A stretch of 64,000 nt of DNA from Cyclobacteriaceae bacterium (lineage in GTDB: Bacteria; Bacteroidota; Bacteroidia; Cytophagales; Cyclobacteriaceae). The stretch covers positions 20,585 through 84,584 of the forward strand of contig JAVJOQ010000012.1 of assembly GCA_040216665.1 (NCBI GenBank), in the 5' to 3' direction. The notes below the pieces were generated by a model. It did not search any database and was not told the origin of the DNA. It was given only the letters and a program-made list of their open reading frames with translations. This document shows, in pieces, positions 28,144 through 38,630 of the stretch (the first letter of the stretch is position 1; each line of letters opens with the position of its first letter). The translations under genes were made by a program, and so were the position numbers.

Positions 28144-29571
28144 TTGTTTACTTCCGATACCAATAAAGGGAAATTAAGAATCTACATTCTTGTTTTGCTG
28201 TTGGTTGCACAATCCTGTGCAACTTATTATCAAACCAATTATAGTTTTAATCAATCCTTTGAGCAAGGGCAACTGGAGCAAGCTTTAGAATCGCTCAACA
28301 ATTCTTCTTCGAGAGATTACAGGAAAAAGGAGTTTTTGTATTTGTCCAACAGTGGGTTACTGTTGTCAGTGCTTGGGCGTTATGAAGAAAGCAATGAGTA
28401 CCTGGAGAAAGCATTCTTATTTGGCGAGGATTACCGAATGAATTATCTAAATGAAGCGGCATCCTACCTCACCAATCCAATGATTACTTCCTACCGAGGG
28501 GAAGATCATGAGCACCTCATGGTACTGTATTACAAGGCCATGAATTACTTGAAAATGGGTAAGCGAGAGGAAGCACTCATTGAATGTCGCAGGCTCAACA
28601 TTCGACTGCAACAACTTAGCGATAGGTATGAATCAGACAAGAAGTACAAGAGGGATGCATTTGTTCACTTGCTCATGGGTATTATTTACGAAGCGGACAG
28701 TGATTACAACAATGCTTTTATTGCTTATCGCAATTCCTATGAAATTTATCAAGAGGATTACTCCAGACTATTTGGAATGGAAGCACCGCCACAGCTGCGG
28801 GAGGATTTACTTCGCACCTCCCTTTTAAGTGGGTTAATGTCTGAGCATGAGTACTACAAAAAGGAATTTGATAGACTGGGTTATCAACACAATCCTTCTG
28901 AAGGAGGTGATCTGGTTTTTCTCTGGCACAATGGATTAAGTCCGATCAAATCCGAGTGGAGCATCAATTTTGTGATTCACAGGAAGGATAATTGGGTGAC
29001 GTTTGTGAATGAGGAGTATAACTTCAGCTTTCCTTTTAATTTGTCTGACCATGATGAAAAGGACAGGGATGGGCTGGCCGATTTAGAAGTGTTTAGAGTT
29101 GCATTTCCAAAGTATGTAGAGCGTCCTGTTTACTACACTAAGGGAGCCATTACAAGTGATGGTGAGACAACTTTGCTAGAACCCATAGAAGACATCAATA
29201 AAATTGCAACGCAGGTATTGCAACAACGCATGGCACTTGAGTTTAGCAAGGCCCTGGTAAGGGCAGCTTTGAAGAAAGTGACGGAGTATGAAATGAGAAA
29301 AGAGAATAAGGCACTTGGATCTTTATTTGGTATTATCAATGCGATAACGGAAAAAGCAGATACCAGAAATTGGCAGACCCTGCCGCACACTATCCACTAT
29401 TCGCGGGTGCCGATGAAGTTGGGCACAAATGAAGTAACACTTAGCCTTACCAATGATGCTGATGGCAAATCAGAAGACCATCGCTTTACTTACGTGATAG
29501 AGAAAAAAGGCATGATGTTTCATACATTTACCTCTCTGGAGAGTCGTACACCCAGTTATCGCTTTTATTAA
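28144..29571 (+). CDS. large TPR-like lipoprotein of unknown function (COG3014-like)
   Basis: TTG start 1 nt after the LpoB-like stop; there is no ATG before the signal peptide. Lipobox LVAQSC. TPR-like N-terminal half. C-terminal ADTRNWQTLP motif. Confidence 0.65.
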   Translation: MFTSDTNKGKLRIYILVLLLVAQSCATYYQTNYSFNQSFEQGQLEQALESLNNSSSRDYRKKEFLYLSNSGLLLSVLGRYEESNEYLEKAFLFGEDYRMNYLNEAASYLTNPMITSYRGEDHEHLMVLYYKAMNYLKMGKREEALIECRRLNIRLQQLSDRYESDKKYKRDAFVHLLMGIIYEADSDYNNAFIAYRNSYEIYQEDYSRLFGMEAPPQLREDLLRTSLLSGLMSEHEYYKKEFDRLGYQHNPSEGGDLVFLWHNGLSPIKSEWSINFVIHRKDNWVTFVNEEYNFSFPFNLSDHDEKDRDGLADLEVFRVAFPKYVERPVYYTKGAITSDGETTLLEPIEDINKIATQVLQQRMALEFSKALVRAALKKVTEYEMRKENKALGSLFGIINAITEKADTRNWQTLPHTIHYSRVPMKLGTNEVTLSLTNDADGKSEDHRFTYVIEKKGMMFHTFTSLESRTPSYRFY

Positions 29572-29664
29572 ACTCATGTTAATTTTCTATTTTTATAGCA
29601 ATTTGGCGCTTGTTTTTTAGTTAAAAACACTGAACTGACTCATTTACGAACCATATCGCTTTTC

Positions 29665-30660
29665 TTGCTTTTCTTTTGTGGCATTACTCTTATTGGATAC
29701 GCACAAGAGGAAGATGAGATTTCATTTCCTCTTGACAATTTCTATGCAAAGAGGACAAAAAGCCCTTTTCGGACAATTCTTAAAAATTTTGTCTTCAGTG
29801 GGAGTGTCGGTTATGGCAATACCTTCCTTAGTCACAAATTGGATGGGTTCGCCATTTCTCAGGTAGATGGTGTTGCTCCTACGATTTTTCCAGCTGATCG
29901 TAGCAATAGGTTTAATAATTGGGTGAATAGGATAGATGGTGCTGATCCTCAAGGACCGGATAGTTTTGTGGTGAGTTCAGATTCTACAAAACTAGGGTTC
30001 AAAGGCAATGGGTTGAATATCCCTCTCAAATTCACACTTCATTATGAATTTTTGAATAAGTATAGGGTAGGAGGTGGATTCTCCTATGAGATAATGAGCA
30101 TGGGAAATTTTCGTCCTATAAGCTATGCGGATAAGATAAATACCTTTCGGCCAGATAGCCCTGCGGGGTTCATGAAAAAATATTTCTTTTTAGTAGGGGT
30201 GTCTTTTTATCGATGGAATGATTTGTTGTTTACTGGGGATGCCAATGTAGGTGGTTATAATCCAGGCAATAATTTTGTTAAAAGTTTGATCAAGAAAGGG
30301 GTGTATGCCAATGTGGGTGTAACCATCGAAAAGGATTTTTCCGAATACATTAAAGTGTTTGCGAGACCCTCATTTGAAATTAAGAACTACACACTTTCCG
30401 TTCCGGCAAGTAATGATCGTTCAATTGTTCATAATCTCAATGCGTTTTACGTCAATGTAGGATTCTCCTATCGTTTCCCTGAGTTGGCAAAGTGTTATCA
30501 CCCGAATTGCAATGCACAAATTAACCATGCTCATGGCAACAAAGAGTACCGTAGCAGAATGCACCCATTTTGGAAAAAACAGAATCCACATTACGGGGAA
30601 AACTATCCAAAACCGATCAGGGAAAAACGCAAAAACCGCAAGAAGTTGAACCCATACTAA
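29665..30660 (+). CDS. hypothetical outer-membrane-like protein with highly basic C-terminal tail
   Basis: Hydrophobic N-terminus ending GYAQ, beta-strand-rich body, and a His/Lys/Arg-rich tail (HGNKEYRSRMHPFWKKQNPHYGENYPKPIREKRKNRKKLNPY). The start codon is uncertain: TTG 29665, with no in-frame ATG upstream back to the stop at 29596. Confidence 0.55.
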   Translation: MLFFCGITLIGYAQEEDEISFPLDNFYAKRTKSPFRTILKNFVFSGSVGYGNTFLSHKLDGFAISQVDGVAPTIFPADRSNRFNNWVNRIDGADPQGPDSFVVSSDSTKLGFKGNGLNIPLKFTLHYEFLNKYRVGGGFSYEIMSMGNFRPISYADKINTFRPDSPAGFMKKYFFLVGVSFYRWNDLLFTGDANVGGYNPGNNFVKSLIKKGVYANVGVTIEKDFSEYIKVFARPSFEIKNYTLSVPASNDRSIVHNLNAFYVNVGFSYRFPELAKCYHPNCNAQINHAHGNKEYRSRMHPFWKKQNPHYGENYPKPIREKRKNRKKLNPY

Positions 30661-30806
30661 GGGCTCATAAATTCTTGTTTTTAAGCTACTTAAAAGCCCA
30701 TTTTGAGAGTTTAAATTCCTCAATTTTGCTTATCTTGCGAGCCTTAAAATGGAGGTAAGAATTCAATGAATTTTACCGCTAACAAAAGGACTATAAAAGA
30801 ACAAAA

Positions 30807-33299
30807 GTGGCAGAAGATACTCCCGATTCAGCAGCTGGAAAACAGCGAATAATTCCCATAAATATTGAAGATGAAATGAGAGGCGCCTACATCGATTATT
30901 CGATGTCGGTTATCATTTCCAGAGCATTACCAGACGTACGTGACGGTCTTAAGCCTGTTCACAGGAGGGTGCTTTATGGAATGCAGGACCTTGGGGTGAA
31001 CTACAACAAGCCGTATAAGAAGTCTGCCCGTATTGTCGGAGAGGTGTTAGGTAAGTACCATCCTCATGGAGATGCTTCGGTATACGATACCATGGTGCGT
31101 ATGGCGCAGGACTGGTCTTTGCGCTATACCCTTGTAGATGGGCAGGGTAACTTCGGATCCGTGGATGGCGACTTTGCTGCTGCTATGCGATACACTGAGG
31201 CCAGGTTGAAGCGCATTGCTGAAGAACTCTTGGCGGACATCAATAAAGATACTGTTGACTTCCAACCCAACTTTGATGACTCTCTGACAGAGCCCACGGT
31301 ATTGCCAGCTAAGATACCTAACCTGCTGATCAATGGGTCTTCGGGTATTGCGGTAGGAATGGCCACCAATATGGCTCCTCATAATCTGAGGGAAGTGGTA
31401 GATGGAATTGTTGCCTATATCGATAAAAGAGATATAACTATCCCTGAATTGATGGAGTACATCAAGGGCCCAGACTTTCCAACCGGTGGAATCATTTATG
31501 GTTATGCTGGGGTGCAACAAGGATTCCTTAGTGGAAGAGGCCGTGTACTGATGAGAGGAAAGGCGGAGATCGTTACGCATGATAATGGCAAGAACCAAAT
31601 CATAGTGACCGAAATTCCATACATGGTGAATAAGGCTACAATGATTGAGCGTACGGCCACGCTTGTTAATGAAAAGAAAATAGAAGGGATCTCGGACTTA
31701 CGCGATGAGTCAGACAGAGACGGTTACAGAGTGGTTTATGACTTGAGGAGAGATGCTATCCCTAATATCGTACTCAATAATCTTTATAAGTATACTCAAC
31801 TACAATCTTCATTTGGTATCAACAACGTGGCGCTGGTTAAAGGCAGACCAGAAACGCTGAACTTGTTGGACATGATTACCCATTTTGTGGATCATCGCCA
31901 CGAAGTGGTTGTCCGCAGAACCAAATATGATCTCAATGAGGCTGAGAAAAGAGCCCATATTCTTGAGGGATACCTAATAGCCCTGGACAACCTGGACGAA
32001 GTAATTGCTTTGATCAGGAACTCTAAGGACCCAGAAGTGGCTAAAACAGGCCTGATAGAGCGCTTCAAACTTTCGGAGATACAGGCCAAGGCCATTCTTG
32101 AAATGCGTTTGCAGCGACTAACTGGTCTTGAAAGAGAGAAGATTGAAAATGAATACAAGGAATTAAAGAAGCTTATTGAGCACCTCAATGAGGTACTGAA
32201 TAATGAATCCATGAGAATGGACATTATCAAAACCGAATTGCTGGATATCAAAGAACGCTACGGAGACGATCGAAGGACTGAGATAGTTCACAGTGATGAT
32301 GACCTTACTGTAGAAGACATGATTCCTAATGAAGATATGGTGATCACCATATCTAATCAGGGGTATGTAAAAAGAACAATACTTACAGACTATCGTACGC
32401 AAGGAAGAGGCGGCATAGGCTCAAAGGCAGTAACTACTAAGGAGGATGATTTTACGGAGCATCTCTTTGTTGCTCAGGCACATAATTACCTTCTCATATT
32501 TACTGAATTCGGAAAAGTATATTGGAAGAAGGTGTATGAAATACCGGAAGGTGGTAAGACTTCCAAGGGGCGAGCAATTCAAAACCTACTGAATATAGAA
32601 TCTGGAGATACTGTACGTGCAGTACTAAAAATCAAAGATCTTTCCGATGAGGCTTATACTAGCTCCAACTATGTCATTTTGTGTACACAAAAAGGGATAA
32701 TTAAAAAGACCTCTTTGGCATCCTACACCAGGCCGAGAGCCAATGGAATTACTGCCATCACTGTGCATGAAGGAGATAAGTTGCTGACCGCAGCCCTTAC
32801 CAACGGCCAAAATCACATCATCATAGCCAAGAGTGAAGGTAAGGCGGTACATTTTAATGAGTCTGATGTAAGACCCATGGGAAGGACCGCATCAGGTGTA
32901 AGAGGTGTCACGCTTGAGTCGGATGTTGACAAAGTGGTGGGGATGATATGCATTACAGGAAAGGATGCCAATGTATTGGTGGTTTCCGAAAAGGGCTATG
33001 GGAAAAGGTCTTCAATTGAAGATTATCGGATTACCCGAAGAGGCGGAAAAGGCGTAAAAACGATCAATATTACAGAAAAAACTGGCAAGCTTGTTGCAAT
33101 AAAGGAAGTTGGTGATAATGACGAACTGATGATTATTAACAGGTCAGGAATCAGCATCCGGATAAAAGTTGACGAACTAAGGATAATGGGCAGGGCCACT
33201 CAGGGAGTTAGAGTCATTAAATTAAATGAAGAGGATGCGATTTCTTCTGTTGAAAAAATTCAAAAAATGGAAGAACCGGATTCGACAATAACCGAGTAA
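30807..33299 (+). CDS. gyrA: DNA gyrase subunit A
   Basis: GTG start. Motifs [22 protein letters not shown], the catalytic Tyr region [10 protein letters not shown], and C-terminal beta-pinwheel repeats. Confidence 0.97.
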   Translation: MAEDTPDSAAGKQRIIPINIEDEMRGAYIDYSMSVIISRALPDVRDGLKPVHRRVLYGMQDLGVNYNKPYKKSARIVGEVLGKYHPHGDASVYDTMVRMAQDWSLRYTLVDGQGNFGSVDGDFAAAMRYTEARLKRIAEELLADINKDTVDFQPNFDDSLTEPTVLPAKIPNLLINGSSGIAVGMATNMAPHNLREVVDGIVAYIDKRDITIPELMEYIKGPDFPTGGIIYGYAGVQQGFLSGRGRVLMRGKAEIVTHDNGKNQIIVTEIPYMVNKATMIERTATLVNEKKIEGISDLRDESDRDGYRVVYDLRRDAIPNIVLNNLYKYTQLQSSFGINNVALVKGRPETLNLLDMITHFVDHRHEVVVRRTKYDLNEAEKRAHILEGYLIALDNLDEVIALIRNSKDPEVAKTGLIERFKLSEIQAKAILEMRLQRLTGLEREKIENEYKELKKLIEHLNEVLNNESMRMDIIKTELLDIKERYGDDRRTEIVHSDDDLTVEDMIPNEDMVITISNQGYVKRTILTDYRTQGRGGIGSKAVTTKEDDFTEHLFVAQAHNYLLIFTEFGKVYWKKVYEIPEGGKTSKGRAIQNLLNIESGDTVRAVLKIKDLSDEAYTSSNYVILCTQKGIIKKTSLASYTRPRANGITAITVHEGDKLLTAALTNGQNHIIIAKSEGKAVHFNESDVRPMGRTASGVRGVTLESDVDKVVGMICITGKDANVLVVSEKGYGKRSSIEDYRITRRGGKGVKTINITEKTGKLVAIKEVGDNDELMIINRSGISIRIKVDELRIMGRATQGVRVIKLNEEDAISSVEKIQKMEEPDSTITE

Positions 33300-33304
33300 A
33301 CTGA

Positions 33305-33312
33305 TAAATTTG
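33305..33312 (+). promoter_or_regulatory. -7 box TAAATTTG upstream of the TPR gene
   Basis: Exact TAnnTTTG match 21 nt upstream of ATG 33333. Confidence 0.3.
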
Positions 33313-33332
33313 CTATCCATAAACCTATTACA

Positions 33333-34514
33333 ATGAAAAAATTACTTCTCTTTATCTTTATTATACCATTTGTAGTGGCAGCGCAAAAGCCTGTAAAGCC
33401 GAGCATGCCAAAAGCAGAAAAGGCGCTACGTGCGGGCGATTTTGCTGAGGCGAAAGCCATTATAGATGCTACAGTTGCCAGCGAAAAATATGCGGACAAT
33501 GCGAAAGCCTGGTACTTAAAAGGTTTGATTTACGCTGGTATTGATACCACGACCAATGAATCGGCCAAATCGTTAATTGATGATCCATTTCCGGATGCAA
33601 AGGCGGCATTTGAAAAAGCGTATGCTTTGGATAAGGATAAAGGCAGCTACGTCAATGGACCTACTGGTTTCCCGATGCTTACAGATCAGGTAAATGCTTA
33701 TATGGCCCAAAAGTACTTTGAAAAGGGTTTGGCCGCTTATCAGGAAAATAAGGACTATGCAGAGGCTTTGAAACAAGTAGAACGCACTTTGTACTTTGTT
33801 CCTAAAGACACATCCATTTTACTAAATGCTGGTTTGTTCTTTGCCCCTTCTGCGGATGAGTACCAGAAGTCTATTGATTACTTACAAAGTTATATTGATG
33901 AAGGGGGTACTTCAACTGACGCATACACCATGATTTTCAGTGCCTACCGCGACCAAATTAAAGATGATGAAAAAGCTCTGGCGGCAGTAAAGGCGGGGAT
34001 GAAAGCTTTCCCTGGCAACAAGGAATTTCCAAAGTATGAGTTGGATATGTTCATTAGAATGGGCAAGTTACAAGAGGCGAAAGCTGCTATGGAACGTCAG
34101 GCTGCAAATGATCCTAACGACCAGGAAACAAGATATTTTTTAGGAGTAATTAATCAGCAGCTAAACAATAATGAAGAGGCTAGAAAATGGTACGATGAGG
34201 CTGTAAAGTTAGATCCTAAATACTTTGAACCACGTTTAGCCATTGCAGAGATGGTACATTTGGATGCTAAAAAAGTAAAGGCAGAGATGAATCAGTTAGG
34301 CATCACAGCTGAAGACAAAAAGAAGCGTTTTGAATTGGATAAAATATTGGTAGAAAGCTTGAAAAAAGCATTACCCTATTGGGAGGCTTGTGAAAAGATA
34401 AACCCTGATGATGAAAAAGTTTTGGATAACCTATACTCTATCTACAGTGATCTTGATATGCAAGCTCAAGTGGCACGCATTGAAAAGAAAATGAAAGCGT
34501 TGGGTTTATATTAA
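33333..34514 (+). CDS. secreted tetratricopeptide repeat protein
   Basis: Signal peptide and multiple TPR-like helical repeats (A..Y..A....P). Sits directly after gyrA. Confidence 0.75.
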   Translation: MKKLLLFIFIIPFVVAAQKPVKPSMPKAEKALRAGDFAEAKAIIDATVASEKYADNAKAWYLKGLIYAGIDTTTNESAKSLIDDPFPDAKAAFEKAYALDKDKGSYVNGPTGFPMLTDQVNAYMAQKYFEKGLAAYQENKDYAEALKQVERTLYFVPKDTSILLNAGLFFAPSADEYQKSIDYLQSYIDEGGTSTDAYTMIFSAYRDQIKDDEKALAAVKAGMKAFPGNKEFPKYELDMFIRMGKLQEAKAAMERQAANDPNDQETRYFLGVINQQLNNNEEARKWYDEAVKLDPKYFEPRLAIAEMVHLDAKKVKAEMNQLGITAEDKKKRFELDKILVESLKKALPYWEACEKINPDDEKVLDNLYSIYSDLDMQAQVARIEKKMKALGLY

Positions 34515-34537
34515 ACCAACCGTTTTTAGAAATGGAG

Positions 34538-34566
34538 GCCACAGCGAATGCTGTGGCTTTTTTTTG
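34538..34566. terminator. intrinsic terminator between convergent genes
   Basis: Stem GCCACAGC/GCTGTGGC with a GAAT loop, followed by TTTTTTTT. Confidence 0.8.
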
Positions 34567-34578
34567 CTTTTTAATTTG

Positions 34579-36357
34579 TTAGCTAGATCGGAGTAACTCT
34601 ACCCTGTACTCTGAAAGAATACTTGATTTGGATAGAAAGCCAATGTACCTGAAGTTTTCTATAATGGGGAGGTTCCATTGCCCTGTGTCTTCAAACTTCT
34701 TCAATACCGAGTTAAGACTTTCATCCGGAGAGATTACTGCATGGGGTCGGGTCATAATGTCCTTGACCATAATCTTGTCGTATAACTCTTGATTGAACAT
34801 CATTTCTTTGACGCTATCCAGCAAGATGACCCCCACAAGTTCTTGTTCTTCATTCACAACCGGGAATAAGTTCCTTCTTGACTTAGTAATCGCAGAGACA
34901 AGAGATCTCAATGTATCACTAGGTTTAACAGTCTGAAAATCTGTCTCGATCATATTTTCAAGGTTGAGCTTACTTAACAAATACTTATCGCGATTTTCTA
35001 CCGACAGATTCATTTTTTCTGCCAATTTCTTATTCTCCATGGACAGTGGCTCGAAGTACTTCATGATGATATTGCTGAAAGCCGCAACTATCATTAGAGG
35101 AATCATAAGGTTATAGCCACCCGTTATCTCAGCAATAAGAAATATGGCTGTTAATGGAGCATAAAACACACCACTCAATATGCCTGCCATAGCCACCAAA
35201 GTGAAATTGGACTGAGGGATTTTAGCCCATCCTGTAATGTTAACAAAGTGAGAAAAGGTGTAACCGAGATATGCACCAACGCACAATGAGGGCGCGAAAT
35301 TACCTCCATTACCACCGCTTCCTATTGTAATTGCTGTGGCAAATACCTTTATCAGCATAAGACTAATTAAAAAGAGTAGACCTGCCCATTCCGTTGTTAT
35401 CCATGATTGAAGGATACTATTTTGAAATAGGTTGCTGTGATCGGAAGTAGCAAGCGCTTTTATTCCTTCATACCCTTCACCGTAGAGCGGAGGAAATATA
35501 ATGAGCAACACGGCTAGCATAAGTCCACCACCAATTACTTTGGAGTAGATATTAGTAACCTGAGAAATCCGGTGTTCAATTTTAGTGAATGCTCGTGTAT
35601 AATAAAGTGATGTTAGCCCAGCCAATATTCCAAGTAGAATATAAAATGGAGTGTTGTGATAATCGAAAGGCTGAACGCCACTGAAGGAAAGTAGTACGCC
35701 TTCTCCCAGGATTATTTTAGAAAATAATGCTCCTGATGCCGCTGAAATAATGAGCGGTATAAATACTGAAACTGATATGTCTGTTAACAATACTTCAATA
35801 GCAAACAATACTCCTGCAATGGGAGAGTTGAAGGCCCCTGCAATGGCAGCGGCCGCTCCACAAGCAAGCAGCATGGTGCGATCTTTATAACTTAGATGGT
35901 AGGTTTTACCGTAGTTAGATCCAATCGCAGATCCAGAACTTACCATGGGAGACTCTAATCCAACAGAACCACCAAATCCAACAGTAAAGGCGCTGGAAAT
36001 AACATGCGAATACATTTGTGATTTAGGGAGTATACTGGATTTTTTGGCAATGGCATAAACAATATCGGCACTCCCTTTTGAGAACTCCTCCTTCTTAACG
36101 AAATACCTGATATAGAGAACTGTTATAGTAAGCCCCACCAAAGGGAACAAGGTAAACAGAAAGAAATCTTCATAGTTACTGGAATACTTTGCTACGAAAG
36201 AATTGATATTGTGAGCAAAAAGTTTGAGGATAACAGCAGCGAGACCACTGGAGACTCCAACGAGGATACTGGAGAATATTAGAAATTGCTTTTCGTTGAG
36301 TCGCCTTTGCAGGTACCGAAGTACATGAGTAAAGACTCTATGAATTCTTCTAAACAT
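34579..36357 (-). CDS. ClC family chloride channel/transporter with C-terminal CBS pair
   Basis: ClC selectivity motifs GSVGLESP, GGNGGNFAP and GVFYAPLTA. Many TM helices. Two CBS-like repeats in the last approximately 140 aa. Confidence 0.9.
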   Translation of the reverse strand: MFRRIHRVFTHVLRYLQRRLNEKQFLIFSSILVGVSSGLAAVILKLFAHNINSFVAKYSSNYEDFFLFTLFPLVGLTITVLYIRYFVKKEEFSKGSADIVYAIAKKSSILPKSQMYSHVISSAFTVGFGGSVGLESPMVSSGSAIGSNYGKTYHLSYKDRTMLLACGAAAAIAGAFNSPIAGVLFAIEVLLTDISVSVFIPLIISAASGALFSKIILGEGVLLSFSGVQPFDYHNTPFYILLGILAGLTSLYYTRAFTKIEHRISQVTNIYSKVIGGGLMLAVLLIIFPPLYGEGYEGIKALATSDHSNLFQNSILQSWITTEWAGLLFLISLMLIKVFATAITIGSGGNGGNFAPSLCVGAYLGYTFSHFVNITGWAKIPQSNFTLVAMAGILSGVFYAPLTAIFLIAEITGGYNLMIPLMIVAAFSNIIMKYFEPLSMENKKLAEKMNLSVENRDKYLLSKLNLENMIETDFQTVKPSDTLRSLVSAITKSRRNLFPVVNEEQELVGVILLDSVKEMMFNQELYDKIMVKDIMTRPHAVISPDESLNSVLKKFEDTGQWNLPIIENFRYIGFLSKSSILSEYRVELLRSS

Positions 36358-36398
36358 TCAATAATCTGAAAAAGGTTTAAACAAGCCTTAAATTAGTT

Positions 36399-36406
36399 TA
36401 GTTTTG
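36399..36406 (+). promoter_or_regulatory. -7 box TAGTTTTG upstream of the nitrilase gene
   Basis: Exact TAnnTTTG match 57 nt upstream of ATG 36464. Confidence 0.3.
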
Positions 36407-36463
36407 AATAGACTCCTAAAGTTTGAGAGAGTATTAAGATGTAATTAAGCTTATTCAAGTATC

Positions 36464-37405
36464 ATGGCAAACATTGTTAAAGTAGGTATTGGTCAGTTTA
36501 GCTCCGTGCACCTCAACCTGCCTGAAAGTTTACAAAAGCTGGAAACCATTGTTGCCGATGCATCACAAAAAGGGATTAAATTGGTAGTAGTAGGTGAGAC
36601 ATGGTTATCAGGATACCCCTCTTGGCTGGATCACTGCATTAATGTATCGCAGTGGGATGGTAAAGAAATGAAAGACGCTTACCTTCAATTTTATGAAAGT
36701 AGTATTGATATAAAAAGTAAAGACTTTGAACGGGTGTGTAACATTGCCCAATCAAATAAGGTAACACTCTGCATTGGATTGAATGAGAAGGTCAATGCTG
36801 GACCTGGCAATGGTACTGTTTACAATAGTTTTGTGATCATTGATCAGCACGGAAAGCTGCTCAACCACCATAGGAAACTAATGCCTACGTATACTGAAAA
36901 AATGATGTACGGATTAGGTGATGGGCATGGATTAAAAGCAGTGGATACAGAGGTGGGCAGGGTTGGAGCTAGCATTTGTTGGGAGCATTGGATGCCCTTG
37001 ACCCGTCAGGCACTACATGACTCTGGTGAGCATATCCACATAGCCCTTTGGCCAAAAGTGCATGAGCTGCACCAAGTAGCCAGCCGGCAATATGCTTTTG
37101 AAGGGAGATGCTTTGTATTGGCAGCTGGGCAGATGTTAAAAGCATCTGATTTTCCTAAATCTTTGGAGCAACCTGAGTATTTAAAATCTGACCCTGATCA
37201 ATGGACGCTCAACGGAGGTAGCTGTATAGTTGCTCCAAACGGAAAATATATTGTCGAACCAGTATTTGATAAAGAGGAATTGATTACCTGTGAATTGGAT
37301 TTGGATGAAGCCATTAAGGAACGTATGACCTTGGATACGTCAGGGCATTATCAGAGAAGGGATGTGTTTGAATTTAAAGTGAACCGTAGTAGGCAAGACA
37401 GTTAA
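36464..37405 (+). CDS. nitrilase / carbon-nitrogen hydrolase family protein
   Basis: Glu-Lys-Cys triad context: VVVGETW, HRKLMPT, catalytic Cys in ICWEHWMP. Confidence 0.85.
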   Translation: MANIVKVGIGQFSSVHLNLPESLQKLETIVADASQKGIKLVVVGETWLSGYPSWLDHCINVSQWDGKEMKDAYLQFYESSIDIKSKDFERVCNIAQSNKVTLCIGLNEKVNAGPGNGTVYNSFVIIDQHGKLLNHHRKLMPTYTEKMMYGLGDGHGLKAVDTEVGRVGASICWEHWMPLTRQALHDSGEHIHIALWPKVHELHQVASRQYAFEGRCFVLAAGQMLKASDFPKSLEQPEYLKSDPDQWTLNGGSCIVAPNGKYIVEPVFDKEELITCELDLDEAIKERMTLDTSGHYQRRDVFEFKVNRSRQDS

Positions 37406-38094
37406 GACTTACCATAAACTTTTATAATAGGTTCTCTCAATACTGATCCTTTTTCAGATGTTGCGAATTCAATTATTTCAGCAATCTCTTCAGGTGTTAC
37501 CCACTGATCTGTATTGGCATTGGGCATTGCCTTGCGGTTATCAGGTGTGTCTATAATACTTGGAACGAATACAGATGAAATGACATTTTTGTCTTTCCCT
37601 TCTTCGTTGAGTAGTTCAGCCAGTTTAAATATCAGTGTTTTAGAGAGGGCATAGGCCAGAACACCTTTGCCTGCTTTCGCATCTAAGGATGGTCTGGCAC
37701 CAACAAATACAATCCTCCCTCCGTTTTTTTGTCCGGCCATGTGACCAAATATAACTCTTGCTGAATAATAGGCAGTTTCAAAATTGAGACTTATCATTTT
37801 TTTAATGGATTCACCGTTGGTATTGTCAATAGTACCCATTGCAAACCCACCTACCAGAAAAAGGGCCGTATCGATGGTCTGATGGTCATCAATCACCTGA
37901 GTCAATACATCTTGTGTATTGGACTCGTTCATTAAGTCCGCATTGTAAACACTGACCGCAGACGGAGTAGCATATGGAAGTTTTTTTCCGGGAGAAAGAA
38001 TTGCAATTACATGATATGCTTTCTTTTGGAATGCGGTAACGCATGCCTGTCCCAGTGTTCCTCCTGCACCTGTGATTAAAACTTTTTTCACCAT
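37402..38094 (-). CDS. SDR family oxidoreductase
   Basis: Rossmann motif TGAGGTLG and active-site YxxxK (YALSKTL). Its 3' end overlaps the nitrilase 3' end by 4 nt (convergent). Confidence 0.85.
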   Translation of the reverse strand: MVKKVLITGAGGTLGQACVTAFQKKAYHVIAILSPGKKLPYATPSAVSVYNADLMNESNTQDVLTQVIDDHQTIDTALFLVGGFAMGTIDNTNGESIKKMISLNFETAYYSARVIFGHMAGQKNGGRIVFVGARPSLDAKAGKGVLAYALSKTLIFKLAELLNEEGKDKNVISSVFVPSIIDTPDNRKAMPNANTDQWVTPEEIAEIIEFATSEKGSVLREPIIKVYGKS

Positions 38095-38146
38095 CTTTAA
38101 TTATGAATTAGTGTTATCTATAAATTTAAGAATTAAAGCACTCCAT

Positions 38147-38620
38147 ATGAAATATACAGCACTCATCGTTTTATGTTCCTTTCTTTTCTTTGACTGTTCA
38201 AATAAGCAAAATCACAACCCCATTACTGAAAATGAAGTGAATGAGTTGATGGACCGTTGGCTAACGCTTTGGAGTAGCTATGATCTTAACTTGCTGGATT
38301 CAATCTTTTGGCAAGATATGGATATGTCTTATTTCTCCTCGGAGAAGCGAGGACTGATCAAAGGATACAGTGCAATGCATCCGCATCATAAGGGATTTGG
38401 GTTTGTAGAAGGGGGTAAGCAACCTTCGAAAGCACTTTGGTTGGAAGAGGTTGATATAACACTACAGCCTGATTTTGCCGTGGTGGGAGCCATTTGGTAC
38501 TTCGGAGATAAATCGATGCCGAAAGACAGTGTTCAGAATGGACCGGTTAGTTTTGTGGTGTTAAGAAACAAAGCAGGTATGGTAAAAATTGCTCACACCC
38601 ACTTTGCTAATTATGAGTAG
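38147..38620 (+). CDS. lipoprotein, SnoaL/NTF2-like (DUF4440-type) fold
   Basis: ATG 38147 gives an SpII signal (LCSFLFFDCS); the upstream part of the ORF overlaps the SDR gene. The size and pattern (W..LWSSYD...) are typical of NTF2-like proteins. Confidence 0.6.
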   Translation: MKYTALIVLCSFLFFDCSNKQNHNPITENEVNELMDRWLTLWSSYDLNLLDSIFWQDMDMSYFSSEKRGLIKGYSAMHPHHKGFGFVEGGKQPSKALWLEEVDITLQPDFAVVGAIWYFGDKSMPKDSVQNGPVSFVVLRNKAGMVKIAHTHFANYE

Positions 38621-38630
38621 CGTATTGATG

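Noticed and set aside
31047-31598. 183-aa minus-strand ORF, plus other antisense ORFs inside gyrA
   Set aside because: They lie inside the highly conserved gyrA coding region on the opposite strand and have no recognisable features.
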